Below, in pieces: positions 1 to 12,526 of a DNA stretch of 64,000 nt (positions are counted from its first letter, which is position 1; each line of letters starts with the position of its first letter). The position numbers and the translations under genes were made by a program. The notes below the pieces were generated by a model that was given only the letters and a program-made list of their open reading frames with translations, was not told the origin of the DNA and made no database searches. The stretch comes from Selaginella moellendorffii (taxonomy: Eukaryota > Plantae > Lycopodiophyta): contig NW_003314279.1 in assembly GCF_000143415.4 (NCBI RefSeq), positions 978,091 through 1,042,090 on the forward strand, in the 5' to 3' direction.

Positions 1-427
1 CATTCTTTACCAAAATCTTGAGCAACTGCACAGAAACCCCGTCGTCCATGGCATTCTCTTCCAGCTGGACCGTCGCCTCGGCAACCTTGAATCCCAGATT
101 CTTCACAAGGGCCACTGCTCCTTGCAACACATCCAATCCCTTGTTCTTGACGCGAGCGGCGAGGAGGTAATCGCTCTCCCAGAAAACCGCCACTTCTCCG
201 GCGGCATCCGACGCGATCGTCCCTACCTTGGAATCCAGAGCGGCAAATCTCCCACTGCCGCTCGCCGCAATCTGCGTCACCGATCGCTGCGCCGAGATAT
301 TTCCATGCCGGAGCGGTGGATTCTGCCATATCCGTGGATGATCCGGCGAGGCAATGCCAGCGCGCTTGCTCCCACAGCCGTGATGCCGCCATGGAAGAAT
401 CGCGGCGACGCTCGCCACCACCGCCAT
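1..427 (-). CDS. 5' end of a gene running off the window; transit-peptide-like N-terminus followed by a possible ACT-like domain
   Basis: Open frame from ATG at 427 to the window edge: MAVVASVAAILPWRHHGCGSKRAG...YLLAARVKNKGLDVLQGAVALVKNLGFKVAEATVQLEE. The leader is Ser/Ala/Arg-rich. The later segment resembles ACT-type motifs, such as the N-terminus of ACT-containing glucan phosphorylases (product is inference). Confidence 0.5.
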   Translation of the reverse strand, partial: MAVVASVAAILPWRHHGCGSKRAGIASPDHPRIWQNPPLRHGNISAQRSVTQIAASGSGRFAALDSKVGTIASDAAGEVAVFWESDYLLAARVKNKGLDVLQGAVALVKNLGFKVAEATVQLEENAMDDGVSVQLLKILVKN

Positions 428-517
428 AGCCAGAGAGCTCCCTTTGCCACACTACCTAGACTACTCGACACACATGACACTGAGAAGCCACAAACTCCCC
501 TAGCAAATATATGCCGC

Positions 518-2100
518 TCATGGCAATTGTACACGAACCATGTTTCTATCACAGCCATACGTTTTGAGGCCCGAGTCATTCTTATAGATGTTCATGAAGA
601 GCTCCTCCTCGCCGGGATTTGGATCATCCTTGGCCTTGGCTGCGGCATCGTCAACTTCTTGCTTGATTTCCTTGTCCACTGCCTTGAATTCCTCCTCTCT
701 CATCACATTCTCCTGTGAAAGACGAACAAACAAAGAGTGAGTGGAGATTTTCAGTGCTTGCGGGCTCAACTTACTTTGATCATAAGTTTCTTGATGCGCT
801 CGATCGGGTCGCGCTCCTGACGAACTCCCTGTATCTCGTTTCGTGTCCTGTAAGTGCTGCCGGGATCCGACATGCTGTGGCCGTGGTATCTGTACGTGTC
901 CGCCTCCAAAACAATGGGACCCTGGAGAGGAAGCACTAAAAGATCTCGAAGAAGAACCAAGAAGAAAAAAAAGAAAGCTCTACCTTTCCAGACAGGCAGT
1001 GCTCTTTGGCGAATCTCGTAGCTTCTTTTACAGCAAAAGCATCCATCCCGTCAACCTGCGATTCCAGTTCAGTGTTCAAGAACACAGAATCAAAGCTCCT
1101 CGGTACCTTTATCCCAGGAATGTAAGAAACACGGTCATAGAAGGTAGTCTTTTTCGAAGCTCGCCACTCGGCTGTTCCCATTCCATACTGCAAACCGGGG
1201 GAAAAGAAGAAACGCTAATGAAAAGTACGAGCTTCACTTACGTGATTGTTCTCGACGAGAAAGATAAGCGGCAAATCCCAGAGCCCGGCCATGTTCTTCG
1301 CTTCAAACAATTGTCCCTAAGCACACACTACGCTTTGAGACCAAGCAAAGAGGCAATGCTCACAAACCTGATTACCTGCACCATCACCGTAGATGGCCAT
1401 CGCAACGTTGTTCTTCTTCTCGTACTTGTTTGCAAATGCCAAACCGGCACCGAGCGGTCCCGTGGTTCCCACAATCCCCCATCCTCCATAGAAATTATTG
1501 GAAGGCTTGTAGAGATGCATAGACCCTCCTTTCCCTCGAGCACACCCGGTGGATCTTCCCATGAGCTCGGCAAAACATTCCTGGAAGAAAAAAAAAAGAA
1601 ATTTTCAGCTCCTTTCGTTGAAACCATCCTAAAACTGAGAAACTCACTTACGTGCACAGTTCCTCCTCGTCCGAGAAATGTAGCGTGATCTCTGTAAGCC
1701 GTGATCACGGTGTCCTCGTACGTCAAAGCTGCCTCCATCCCTATAGTGACCGCTTCTTGGCCATCGTAGAGATGGCAAAATCCCCGGACGAGCTGGGACT
1801 TGAAGAGCTGGCGCCGAAAAATCGATCAATCTTCTTCCCCTAGAGATACCGAAAAGAAAATCCCTATACCTTGTCCGCAGTGATCTCCATTCGCCGGATC
1901 CGAAACATATCCCGGTACATCTTGACCAGCTCCTCTCTGCTCGTGACGGACTCCCGCGCGGGGCCTTCCTGGAGGAGATGGAGCTGGAATGGCACCGGAA
2001 TTTCGACATTGATCGCGTCTGGCGCTTGAGCGGCGGCTGCCTGGCGGGGCTGCGATGCAAAGAGGCGCCGGGCGAGCGATCCGACAGTGGATCTCGTCAT
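518..2100 (-). CDS. PDHA: Pyruvate dehydrogenase E1 alpha subunit, mitochondrial (8 exons)
   Basis: Exons give [38 protein letters not shown] (TPP-binding), YGMGT, VDGMD and [12 protein letters not shown] (phosphorylation loop). Mitochondrial presequence [16 protein letters not shown]; GT-AG introns. Confidence 0.97.
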
Positions 2101-2386
2101 GGATCACGGATAGAAGGGAAATGCGACACTGGACAATACCTTGTCACACCACGCCCGCAAAATCCATCGCCAGAAGCCCCTGACACGGGACTGCATAGCA
2201 TGCTTGCCACGTAGTAGCCCCAAAGCCCTAGGAAAGTGTCTTGGAGGATATTCTCAGAGTTACAGGCTAAAGGTTATACATTTTTTAGGGTTCTAGCAGG
2301 AGAATATTCTTAGTATAAAGTTAAACGGCCTTTAATTTGGTGTAATGTCAAATGTTTTAGGGTTCAAGCATTTCTTCACTCGAGGA

Positions 2387-3085
2387 TCACGAGCAGAACA
2401 AGCGACTAAAGAGGTGATCGTGACAAGCCTGTGCGGTGTCCAAGAGAGGCGAGACCTGGCAAGCGTCCTCCACACCCCTGTCCGCGCATTTCCTCACCAC
2501 GGCCTCGCCAAATCCTCGCAAGCTCTGCTGCATCGCCGCGGCTTGCAGCGGCCCGACCAGATTCAACCGGGTTGCCGCCGATAGCACGTCCCTCAGCGTC
2601 AGGTAGAGGTAAGCTCGCTGGCAAGTGAGCGCGTCCAGCTTGAGCAGCCCACACACGATCCCAAACACGCCGGCGTGGTGGCCGGAAGCTCGCCCCGCTC
2701 GGACCACCCCTCGCAGCTCTCCCAGCTCCGCAAGATCGGGGTACACTGTAGCCGCGGTCCTCAACAGCGCGGATCCCTGGCTCGACGACGCTCGTCTCGC
2801 GACGTGGTTGCTCAGCGTCGCGTTGAGCAGCCGGTCCAGCTCGATCCATCCGGCCACGTCCGGTAGCTTGAAGCTCGCTGAGACGAACGGCAGCAGCAGC
2901 GATCCCGAGTTCTCGAGCGTTGACTTGATGAAAGTGTCGAGGGACTTGGAGTCGCTAACGAGTCCCGCCTGGACTGCTGCCTCGAGACCGTAAGAATGCG
3001 CGAAGCCGCCGGTTGGAAAGAACGAGTCGACCAATTGCCATACTACCCAGTCGGACCCCTGTGACTTCTTCGCTGGGAGATCCAT
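2387..3085 (-). CDS. UREF: Urease accessory protein F (intronless)
   Basis: WQLVDSFFPTGGFAHSYGLEAA motif, SAATRLNLVGP and the diagnostic C-terminus HDHLFSRLFCS. ATG taken at 3085 (MDLPAKK). Confidence 0.95.
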   Translation of the reverse strand: MDLPAKKSQGSDWVVWQLVDSFFPTGGFAHSYGLEAAVQAGLVSDSKSLDTFIKSTLENSGSLLLPFVSASFKLPDVAGWIELDRLLNATLSNHVARRASSSQGSALLRTAATVYPDLAELGELRGVVRAGRASGHHAGVFGIVCGLLKLDALTCQRAYLYLTLRDVLSAATRLNLVGPLQAAAMQQSLRGFGEAVVRKCADRGVEDACQVSPLLDTAQACHDHLFSRLFCS

Positions 3086-3288
3086 ACGAAAAGCTAGACC
3101 CTGCAAGAGTAGCGCCCTAGCTAAGTTAGCAGCAGCATGAATGAAATTGAAAAAACTCTCACCGTGCACTGCGTCACCGAGGGTCTTGACAGCTTCATCG
3201 ATTCGCTCACACCATGAGAGCCTACGACTCAAATGTGTATAAAAAAGAATTAGAACATATCAAAACTTGCAAGTCCCTGTGCACGTAA

Positions 3289-5476
3289 TCAGTAAGATCT
3301 GGAACCGAAAAAATCAACAACCTTGGCCGTTGGTTGTATGACCCGTTGGGGCCGCTCGCCTTTGCTTGCTGCCTGCTGCTGCTGCTGCTGCTGCTTCGCC
3401 AAGCTTTTCCTTGGAGACGCTTTGAGCTTTACTAGCTGTCTCAGGATTTGATGTCTTTTAGTAATTACCACCTTGGAGGAATTACCTGAAGCTGATGCCG
3501 GGGAGAGCTTGCCCACAAACTGCCTGGTTAGACGGGAGGCCGATACTTGCAGGTTGGGTTTGCTAGCCTTCTCAATTAGTCTCTTCGCCTTGTTCACCTT
3601 ACTAGTGACGTTGCTATGGTTCTTGGCATCGGCGTTTCTCTTTTGCCTCTTTGCCTTGCGGTTCTCGTCCCTCTTTCTTTGCGCTTCACTTTCCTCGAGA
3701 ATAACGTCTATGAGTTTCCTCATTTTGTGGTTGGGTGATGGGCCGGTTTCACCATTGTCTGCATTGTTTTCAAGGTCAGGCCCGGGACTTGCTGCTTCCT
3801 GCCACCGGTTATGCAGATTGTTATAACGAATCTACTACGCACGCATTCACCTTTTCCATTTGATCTTTCCGCAGGATCCACCTGTTCCCTTGCCACAGTA
3901 ACGAAGGCCTTACATCGCAGGACTTCACACTGTCCAGGGCACCTTCACCTGTAACATTGACAAATTTACGTTTGACCAGGAACTCCGAGACTTACTTGAA
4001 TAGAAGACGATCAATTCGTCGTCGCCAGCCCAAACAACAAGCCCTTCTCTCCAACTGGGCATAGTAGCGCGTTAGTTTGTCTGCATCGGGAAATAGAATT
4101 TCATACTCACGCATGCCCATCTCGAACATCTATGCGGTCCCCAGCAGTCCAAACTTTAGGTGCCTCGTCATGAGTCTCATTCAGATCGAAAGTAGGATAT
4201 GGACACCGGAGTCTCGGATGTTCAAAAGATGTCGAGCGGCTAGGCTCAATGTGTAGCCATTCCGTAACATGATTCTTACCTGCAACGTTTTTCACTCAGT
4301 TACAAGGTAACAAAATATTGAGCTAAACTTACTATCATCTACAAGCTCGTGGTACGCAACGAGTACCATTCCGTCTTTAACAGTTATAATCTTAGCAGTC
4401 AGCCATCCTTCAGGATGACCTGACTTGACCTGAAAGTGGAATGTGAGATTGTAGAAGAAAGGAAGACCGACGAAAAAACAAACCTCTACATTCACCCCTT
4501 CGGTCAGCATAGATGAATCCACCTGAGTAGCTAGTTGATTCTGCCGGTTCATTGTCCGAAATTCCGAACTGCCGATTGCGAGAGCAATCTGGGCTTGTGA
4601 AACGGCCTTCAAAACCACACACGAAATTTCTTCGTAGTCCAACGGGTTAGAGTCCGGTTGCTGCTGGTATCTGTCCCCTGCTGGATGACCAGTTGCAGCC
4701 TGGGATGCGGCTTCATAGGCCAGAGCCGCGGCCGCAGCAGCTGCCTTGGCAGCCGACACTGCTGCTTCGAAGGCAACAGTGACAGAAGCCAGTAGACCCT
4801 GACCGTCATCCTGCTTTTGAAAGAGCGGACGAAGTGTCTTTCTGTGTTCTAAAATCGATGTCACCATGGACTGCGCATTCTCGAGTTCCTGTCTGACTTG
4901 ACCAATATCCAGTTCCTCTGCATCGTCGTCTTGGTGAGAATCAGACAGCCTCGACTTTTTCCTTTTCCTTGCACCTTGTAAACCATCTTCTTCCTCAGTC
5001 TGGAATGCTGCCGGGTGCAATGCCGTAAGTGAGGATCGCGTGGCTGTCGGCATGCTCTCCACAAGCCGGGGCGTGGTGCTTTGAGCATTGCCTTCCGCAT
5101 CAGGATCTGTGGCAGCATCACCATCTTGAGCCGCAGTTTCCTCCCGAGCTTTTATCGAGGCAGTATGCCAAACCTTCTCCCATATATGTCGTCCCTCGTT
5201 CCACGAATCTTGTTCCAATCCTGTGATAGTGAAGTCAAACTCAAACACCTAACAAAAAGAATCTGCAACATACCCGTTGATGTATCTGAAAAAGCTCCGA
5301 CCATCAATGGTTCCTCTGGAACAGTTCCTTGCCTGGAGAGAACATTCTTAGCTACTCTCTCGCAAAGAAAAAATAAAACTTTCTCAAACTTACAAGAGGC
5401 GACCGAACACCAAAATCTGCGCCCGTAGCTGGACTTGTTGGAGCTCATTCATCACAGATTCACTCGAGACCGCCAT
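3289..5476 (-). CDS. G2484-1/SWO1-like Agenet (Tudor-like) domain protein, multi-exon
   Basis: Exons read LQQVQLRAQILVFGRLL / QGTVPEEPLMVGAFS / EGRHIWEKVW, matching the conserved block of G2484-1-like proteins. Agenet-like segments follow (EGVNVEV..GWLTAKIITVKDGMVLVAY, EWL..PRLR..WTAGDRID), then a C-terminal RVIQPTAK. The start may include a further upstream exon near 5590. Confidence 0.7.
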
Positions 5477-5879
5477 TGCGTGGGCAAAGAACTCAAACGT
5501 CGACAAGGCGCTTGTCAAAGATTCTCTGAGTCACATACCCGAATTTCTCACTCCATTCGCCCGTAATTCGACCTCTCGGCGCCTCCATCCATCGTCTTCC
5601 GGGGAAATCTTTGCCCGCAGCACCAGCCGGCGCCCGCCGACGCTCCCGCGCGGCGGCAATCACCCTGCATTCCCTAGAAACCCTAGCGCGAAGAGCCAAA
5701 CCCCTGGAGTGACAGTGAAAGAAGAAAAAAGTGAAATTATAAACGTTTGCTGCCAGCCGTTGGATTCACAACAGCCGGGCCGTTCAATCTGGCGCATTGG
5801 ATATCACTGTCGGACGGCGGACATTTGAAACAGAAAAACGTTAGCGAGGGAAAAAAAATAGTCCGTCCTCTCCTCGGCT

Positions 5880-8816
5880 TTATTCGAAGATTAATCTTTG
5901 GCTTTGTACGAGATTGGCGTACATTCCTCCACTTCTGGCCTGGAGCTCTGCGTGTTTGCCGAGCTCAACTATGGAGCCATTGGAGCACACGGCGATTTGA
6001 TCGGCCGCTTGGACTGTGCTGAGCCTGTGAGCGATCACAAGAGTAGTTCTTCCCTGTGTCATAGATCAAGAAAAAAACACCTTGAGAAGCGATAAAAGCA
6101 TAGCTTTTGTTACCTTCATCAATCGGTTTAGAGCATCCTGAACCAGCTTTTCACTGACGCTGTCTAAAGCACTCGTAGCCTGCAAGAAAGGAGAAAAGGG
6201 GGTCATGCTTGATGATCACTTAAGCTAACCTCGTCGAGAATCAAAAGGGGAGAGTTTTTAAGCAAGGCTCTTGCAATCGCTATCCGCTGTGTGAGGTATC
6301 ACCTCGAAGAGTTTAATAAAAATACCGCGAGGAGTTACCTGTCTCTGACCACCGCTTAATAGGCTTCCCCGTTCACCAACAAGAGTTTCATAGCCCTGCG
6401 AATGTAAACTGTGATAACGAGAGAGTAGAGAGACTTGATCACTTTTACCTGTGGCAGCTTTACGATGAATTCGTGTGCGTTCGCAGCTTTTGCTGCTGCA
6501 ACAATCTGCTCCTCTGGTACATCGTCGTTTGGCAAGCCATAAGCAACGTTCTCAGCTACAGAAACCGCAAACAAAACAGGCTCCTGAAAAAGCAACGAAG
6601 AATCCCAGCGTCAGTTTCCTGTCACGCAAATATAAAGACAAAATGGCACCAACCTGATTCACGATCGATACGGCGCTCGCCCACTCCGTTTTGTCGAACA
6701 AGCGAACATCTTTTTGAGCGAGCGTTATTCTCCCTTTACTTGGCTGTCAGAAGATGGATGCGAACAATCAGATGCACGCAAGAACATCATTGAGTACTGG
6801 CCTCATAAAACCGAGCAAGTAGCTGCACAATGGTGCTTTTCCCCGCACCACTGGATCCCACAAGAGCTGTTACTGTCCCCTGCTTCAATCGTAAAGATAT
6901 TCCTCTCAAGACTGCGACGTCAGGTCGCATTGGGTATGAAAAGTGAACATCTGCATCACCAATTCTTTCAGCTTATACTAAAAGAAAAGCTCATGAGAGA
7001 AAGGTACCTTCCAAGACGACATCTCCAGACCAGGCAAGCTTACAAACACCTTCTGAAGGCCTCTTTAAATCCCCCAAGCCCCTAGCAAGTAAGTCGTCGG
7101 CGCCTGATTTCGAAACGACCGAGTTGACGTGATCAACGGAAGCTAGCATGTTTCTCATGTCCGCAAGAGTATTCACGAGACCTTGAACCTGACAGTACAA
7201 AGCAGTCGCTATATGCTCAAAGAAGGTTGATCAAGGGAACTTACAGCAAAAGTTAACGTGAACGTGTACCCAATGAATGACACCATCTTCCCGACAGCGA
7301 GGTCGCCCTGAGACAACAGCTGACTTCAATGAAAATAATATTCTCATCAGTCAGCTCACTGATTGAACTTTCATTCCACCAAGAATGTAGAGCGTCATTA
7401 GTGAAATGTAGATGGCAATGCGTGTCCACGACTCGTTCGCAGATTTAAGCCACCCCAGCCTGTTTCCACTTTCTTTATACGCCAGCACCTAAAAGAACCA
7501 GGATAAGCATCCATTGCACGAGATGAGAAAATCTAGATCTTGCCTGCCTTTCGAACAAGGACATTTGTCTCCGTTCGCCTCCAAAAGATCTCACCTACAT
7601 CCTGTAATCAGCCTTCTAGGAGAAAAAAAAAAATCATTGGGTCCTAGCACTTACAGTTCGTATAGCAGAAAATGTTTCATTCCCGGTATTCATTATACGG
7701 CTTTGGGCTTCGCCATGCGCCTTAAAAACAGGTAAAGTAGTCCGCTTGTAGACAGCTGAGATAAACGCATTAACACACACTCAGGAACAATCCACTTACG
7801 TACCCACAGATACTGATATCGAAAGCATGAGCAGTCCGAGAATCGGTGCTAGCTCTCGAGAAAGAAAGAACAATATCACAAGTGTTCCTAGCGTCTGCAT
7901 CCAGAAGAAATGCATGACAAGTTTTACAAACACAAATGTAAGACATGCTTGCCTCTGACAGCGCTCGAAAGCCACGATCCCTGGAAATGTTTTCGTTGAT
8001 TATGTCCTTGATCGAACCAAGGTCCGTGGAAAGTAAAGAGGTAAGCTCTCCAACCTACTGCAAACGTAGAATTTACGTCTAGAACACATCTCAAAGCTTC
8101 CGTAGAATACCTTATGCCGATCATAGAACTCAATCTGATTAAGGAACCATCAATCACCACGAGGAAAAGTAAGAAAAAACTAGCTTTTCATTACCCGTTG
8201 CACGAGAAGCCGTCGAAAGAGCTGCGAGCGAAGTTTTGCCATGACGTTCTCCCAGGCAGCGATCATATTAGTCACGAATACCACGGTTAAAACGGGCTCG
8301 AGCACGTAGACGAGAGCCAGCATTCGCAAAACTTTCCAGAGAGGTTGCGATCGCCTCCCAATGAGTGTCTCAAAAAACGCTCCTAGAGAAGAAAACTATG
8401 TGAGCCTTAGCTAGAACAAAGAAGAAAACGAGCTCTTCCACCAAAACAAAGAACTTACCAGAGAAGATGGGCATGGTGAGAGTACACGACGAGCATCCTA
8501 GCAGCGCGACGAACGAGACGAATAGCCGGAGCCTCTCCTTCCACAAGAGCCCAGCGACGAGATTCGCAGTAATCACCGGCTGCCCGCCCGCTGGAACCAC
8601 GTCCAAATCCTCATCGCTGCCGCGGATGAATCTCGCGGCGACCGCATCCTTCCGCGAAATCGAGCAGGAAATCCTTGACCGGGAGTGAGCCGCCGAGCAA
8701 AGGATTCGTGGAGCACACGAAATCCAGGGGGAGGAAGGAGAAATTCTACTGCTAGATCGTCGAGGCAGCGATGCTGCCAGCAAAGGAGCCCCAGCCGCGA
8801 GGGAGGAGTAAGCCAT
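5880..8816 (-). CDS. ABCB28: ABC transporter B family member 28-like half transporter with organellar transit peptide, many exons
   Basis: Transit peptide, then TMD ([19 protein letters not shown]). NBD motifs: GAGKST (Walker A), [43 protein letters not shown]. Confidence 0.9.
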
Positions 8817-8830
8817 AGCTATCTAAAACC

Positions 8831-9079
8831 CTAAGATCGTGGATGAATGCGGCCCTCCAAGAGCTTCATCGCGATCCCCACCTTCTTCCGCCGCTCGGCC
8901 TTTTCGAGCACCTTCCTCCAGCTCCGGAATTCCGGCTCGTAGCCCAGCATCATCTTCTTGAGCATCACTCCCATCTCGCGGTGGAAGAACATCGCGAGCG
9001 CGGGGTACTTCTGCGCGTCCTCGCCCGCCTTCCACACCCGCTTGAGCACGCGCAGGGGCAGCAGCAATCGAATCGCCAT
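8831..9079 (-). CDS. Uncharacterised 82-aa basic protein (possible small organellar protein or uORF of ABCB28)
   Basis: ATG-initiated ORF with strong G/C third-position codon bias like neighbouring exons. It fills almost the whole gap between the ABCB28 ATG (8816) and the RRF ATG (9120). No family recognised. Confidence 0.5.
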   Translation of the reverse strand: MAIRLLLPLRVLKRVWKAGEDAQKYPALAMFFHREMGVMLKKMMLGYEPEFRSWRKVLEKAERRKKVGIAMKLLEGRIHPRS

Positions 9080-9119
9080 GATTCCGCGAAGAACCCTAGA
9101 CTAGCAGGGTTTAGGGTTT

Positions 9120-9596
9120 ATGGCGATGGCGGCAATGCGGCGAGCGCTGTTGCGGGGGATCATCCGGAGGCGCTGCTGCGGCGCTCTTCAATCCGTGCAA
9201 TGTGGCGCTTCCGGCGATCGATTCTTTAGCCGCCCGGCGTTTGGCGGCACCGATTCGCCATTGATTCGTGATCAGCCTGGCAGCTACTCCTTGTTCTTCG
9301 CGAGGGGATTCGCGAAGAAGTCGGCAAGTAGGTGTGTTGTGATTTGCTTGTCTGTATCAAACCTTGTGGGATGCTCTCCTTGTCCAGAGGCGAAGAAGGC
9401 CGCTCGAGCACAGGAAGAAGAAGAGGACGAGGAAGAGGAGGAAGAGGAGGAGGAGGAAATTGATTTGGACGTGGAGGAACCAAAGAGAGGTGCCAAAGAA
9501 CACATGGACGCCGCCATGGACGCTCTCGCCACGGAGCTCGGTAAGCTTCGAACTGGGAGAGCCACTCCAGGTAAGTTTTTGTTCTTCTTCTTTCTT

Positions 9597-9634
<38 letters not shown>

Positions 9635-10565
9635 GCTTTCTAGTCTCTAGCGTTTCCATCTCTGAGATGATACAACTTACTTGCAATCCTTTTTGTTCTA
9701 GAGTTTCACTTGTCACTCCTTTAATTCCACTTACGTGCACGCTTTAGTTATTTTTTTTCTTCCCTCGGAGTTTTAGCCTTGTCTAACTCGAATTTTCCAC
9801 AGGAATGCTGGATCATGTGGAGGTGGAAATCGATGAGAAACCTGTCGCGTTGAGTCACGTTGCTGCTGTTTCCGTCGTCAACTCCCAGACGTTGTCTGTC
9901 ATGCCATTCGACACTTCTGTAAGTTTTGTGGTCCTGCGACTTTACGTGTCAAGTCCTCTGAGTGCTGCCTGGCTTTAGACCGTGAAAAAGGTGGAGGCTG
10001 CCATTCGCTTGTCACCTTTGGGGCTGAATCCGATTGCAGCCGAGCAAATCATTTCGGTTCCAATTCCAAAGTAAGCCGTCGGTCTCCTGAGCTTCGCTTG
10101 CACAAATTAACGCAAATTTGTTTTACTTCCTTCTTTTCGGGGGTGATCCAGGCTCACAAAGGAACTGTCAGATGTAAGTTTCTCTATTTACGTTTTTTTA
10201 TTTGTTTGGTCTCACGTAAGAGTATCTTTGCTTCTTTGTCTAGAGTATGTGCAAGTTGGCTTCCAAGGCAGGGGAGGATACTAAGAAAAGCATCAGGAGA
10301 GGAAGGCAGACGGTATGTCATTGTCACGCCGTTTTGTTTGTCTCTAACCCGCTCCCTCTCTAGGCGATGGATCAATTGAAGAAGATGTCATCAAGCTTGT
10401 CCAAAGACGAATTGAAACGTCATGAAAAGGAGGTTGATTTGTTTCTTCGCTTTTGTCCCTTTCCTCACATTTGCCGGCCAGGTCGACGAGCTGACGAAGC
10501 AGTTTGTGAAAGCCGTAGACGATGTGTGCAAGAAGAAAGAAGCGGAAATCTCCAAAGGAGTGTAG
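9120..10565 (+). CDS. RRF: Ribosome recycling factor, probably mitochondrial (~8 exons)
   Basis: ELGKLRTGRATPGMLDHVEV, SPLGLNP, ISVPIPKLTKE, KDELKRHEKEVDELTKQFVKAVDD; Arg-rich presequence. Confidence 0.92.
9603..9632. repeat. (TG)n microsatellite in RRF intron
   Basis: About 15 perfect TG units. Confidence 0.95.
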
Positions 10566-11345
10566 TGGATGTTCCATCTTTTCTGTGTACAATGACTTGC
10601 TCTTCCAAAGGTAGAATTTTTCCAGTGCTTTTCGTGTTTCACTTATGGTTTTCATTTTCCATTGCACGCGGGTCTAATCATCGAGCGCCTTTGGTGGTGA
10701 TGCATGCAAGCCAAATTTATGATACACTGAAACCCAAAACTATCGGGGCTTTCAATCCTGTCATTTGCAGATTCCATCCTCCACCTAATGCACCATTACG
10801 AGAGAAAAGAGTTCTTGCTCAGTGCGTTGCCACCTCCCAGCTCTTCCAAAACTTTTATCTCCTCATCTCTGCGATCAGTCGAGCCGTCCAGTGTCTCCCT
10901 CCGGGTTTTCCATCTTTCCATCCATCTCAAAAACCATCACCTTCACCACCCGTCGTGTCATATTTCCTGGGGATCCTTCTTTCACTTCATGCCTTCTGCA
11001 TTCCTCCTACCTTGTCCTGGGAAGAGACCAGGGATTCCTCCTCAAACGGTACTTTCGATATGCACGCATAGGTTCTAGAGCTCATTCATTTTTCGCTCGC
11101 TACATATTCTACTCCGACGCTCTCTCACTCGCTGCATGCCATTTGTAAAATCATCTCGATTTCTGCACTCGTTTTTAATTTCCTGCTGCTGCCGCCTTGC
11201 ATGAGAGTTAGCATATAAGCGATTTGATCGTTGGCGTCGTCGTCGCCGGTGCTTAAAAATCCTCTGCCTGATTCTTCCGTTGTAGCTAGCTTCGTCCTGT
11301 TTTCTTTAGCTTCTACAGGTCTCTCGGGTGCTCCTTTCGGAAAAG

Positions 11346-12526
11346 ATGACGCTAGTCTACACCATTCGGACCGTAGTTGGCATCATGGGTGAGTGATCTC
11401 GCATTTTCGCTTGTGTCCGTCTTATGCTCTGCCGCCGGTCCAGGGAATGTGATTGCTTTCGGCTTGTTCATGTCCCCCTTGTGAGTAGCAGAGTTTCTTC
11501 CTTTCGGTTTCCTTGCTCTTTTGCTCATTCTTATAACGTTTGTTTGTCAGGCCAACATTCTACAAGGTCATTCGACTGAAAGACACTGAGCAGTTCTCAG
11601 GGGTCCCCTACGTCGCTACGCTGCTTAATTGTCTCCTCTGGACCCTGTACGGCCTTCCATTCGTTACTCCAAACAGCCTTCTCGTCGTCACCATCAATGG
11701 CATCGGCACTGCTCTCGAGAGCACCTACCTGTGCGTCTACTTGTTTTACGCTCCAAATAAGCCGAGAGTGAGCTACGCTAATCCTTTTGCTCAAGCTCTC
11801 TCAGCTTTTCCTCAATTTGTTTTTCTTTTCCTTCTGGTTTCGTGACGCTTCGGTTGCTGTTTGACAGGCCAAGGTTCTCAAGATGCTCGCCGTGGTCCTC
11901 ACATTCTTCGCAGCAGTGGCTTTGATGGTAATGACAATCACACACGTCCACAAGACGCGGCAGCTCATCGTCGGCGTTTTGTGTGTGATCGTTGGTACCG
12001 CAATGTACGCATCCCCGATGTCCGTCATGGTACGTGTTGATAAGCACCACCTTCGGTTTCAAAAGCGGTTCTCACTTATCCCCTCCCTTCTCTCGCAGAA
12101 ACTCGTGATCCAGACCAAGAGCGTGAAATATATGCCTTTCCTGCTGTCCCTGACAGCCTTCCTCAACGGCTTGACCTGGACAGCGTACGCATTCCTGGGA
12201 AAGATCGACCCTTTCATTGTTGTGAGTGGATGGACGAACTCTCACATCCCATCTCTCTCGATTTTCGTTTTGATAGCTCTAAACGCCTGATGCATGACGC
12301 GACACAGGTGCCAAACGCGATTGGGACTTGCCTCGCAACAACGCAGCTCATCCTGTACGCGATCTACTCGAAGAAAGAAAAGGCTGCCATCAAGAACAAG
12401 GAGAATGGGAATGGCGCCGACGCCAAGCCGGCAAACAACCACATCGGTTTCGCGGTGAGGTGCCCCGAGGCTGTGTCAGCGGACGTGAATGTTAACGACG
12501 AGGAGCGGGTCTCCAGACAAGTTTAG
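11346..12526 (+). CDS. SWEET: SWEET/MtN3 sugar transporter, clade II-like (6 exons)
   Basis: IRTVVGIMGNVIAFGLFMSP / PTF..FSGVPYVATLLNCLLWTLYGLPFV..LVVTING / MYASPMSVM / VIQTKSVKYMPF / VPNAIG; canonical 6-exon SWEET layout. Confidence 0.95.

Noticed and set aside
843-1688. 281-aa + strand ORF and similar long antisense ORFs (122-718, 16635-17435, 50220-50867)
   Set aside because: Antisense shadows of well-supported genes; non-ATG starts and no recognisable motifs.
2387-3085. ureF as bacterial contamination or recent HGT
   Set aside because: Plants encode UreF natively; plant-type C-terminus, flanked by intron-containing genes, no urease operon.
10367-11148. 234-aa ORF and overlapping ORFs downstream of RRF
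   Set aside because: Starts in an RRF exon and reads through intron and UTR into pyrimidine-rich SWEET upstream DNA; no coding signature.
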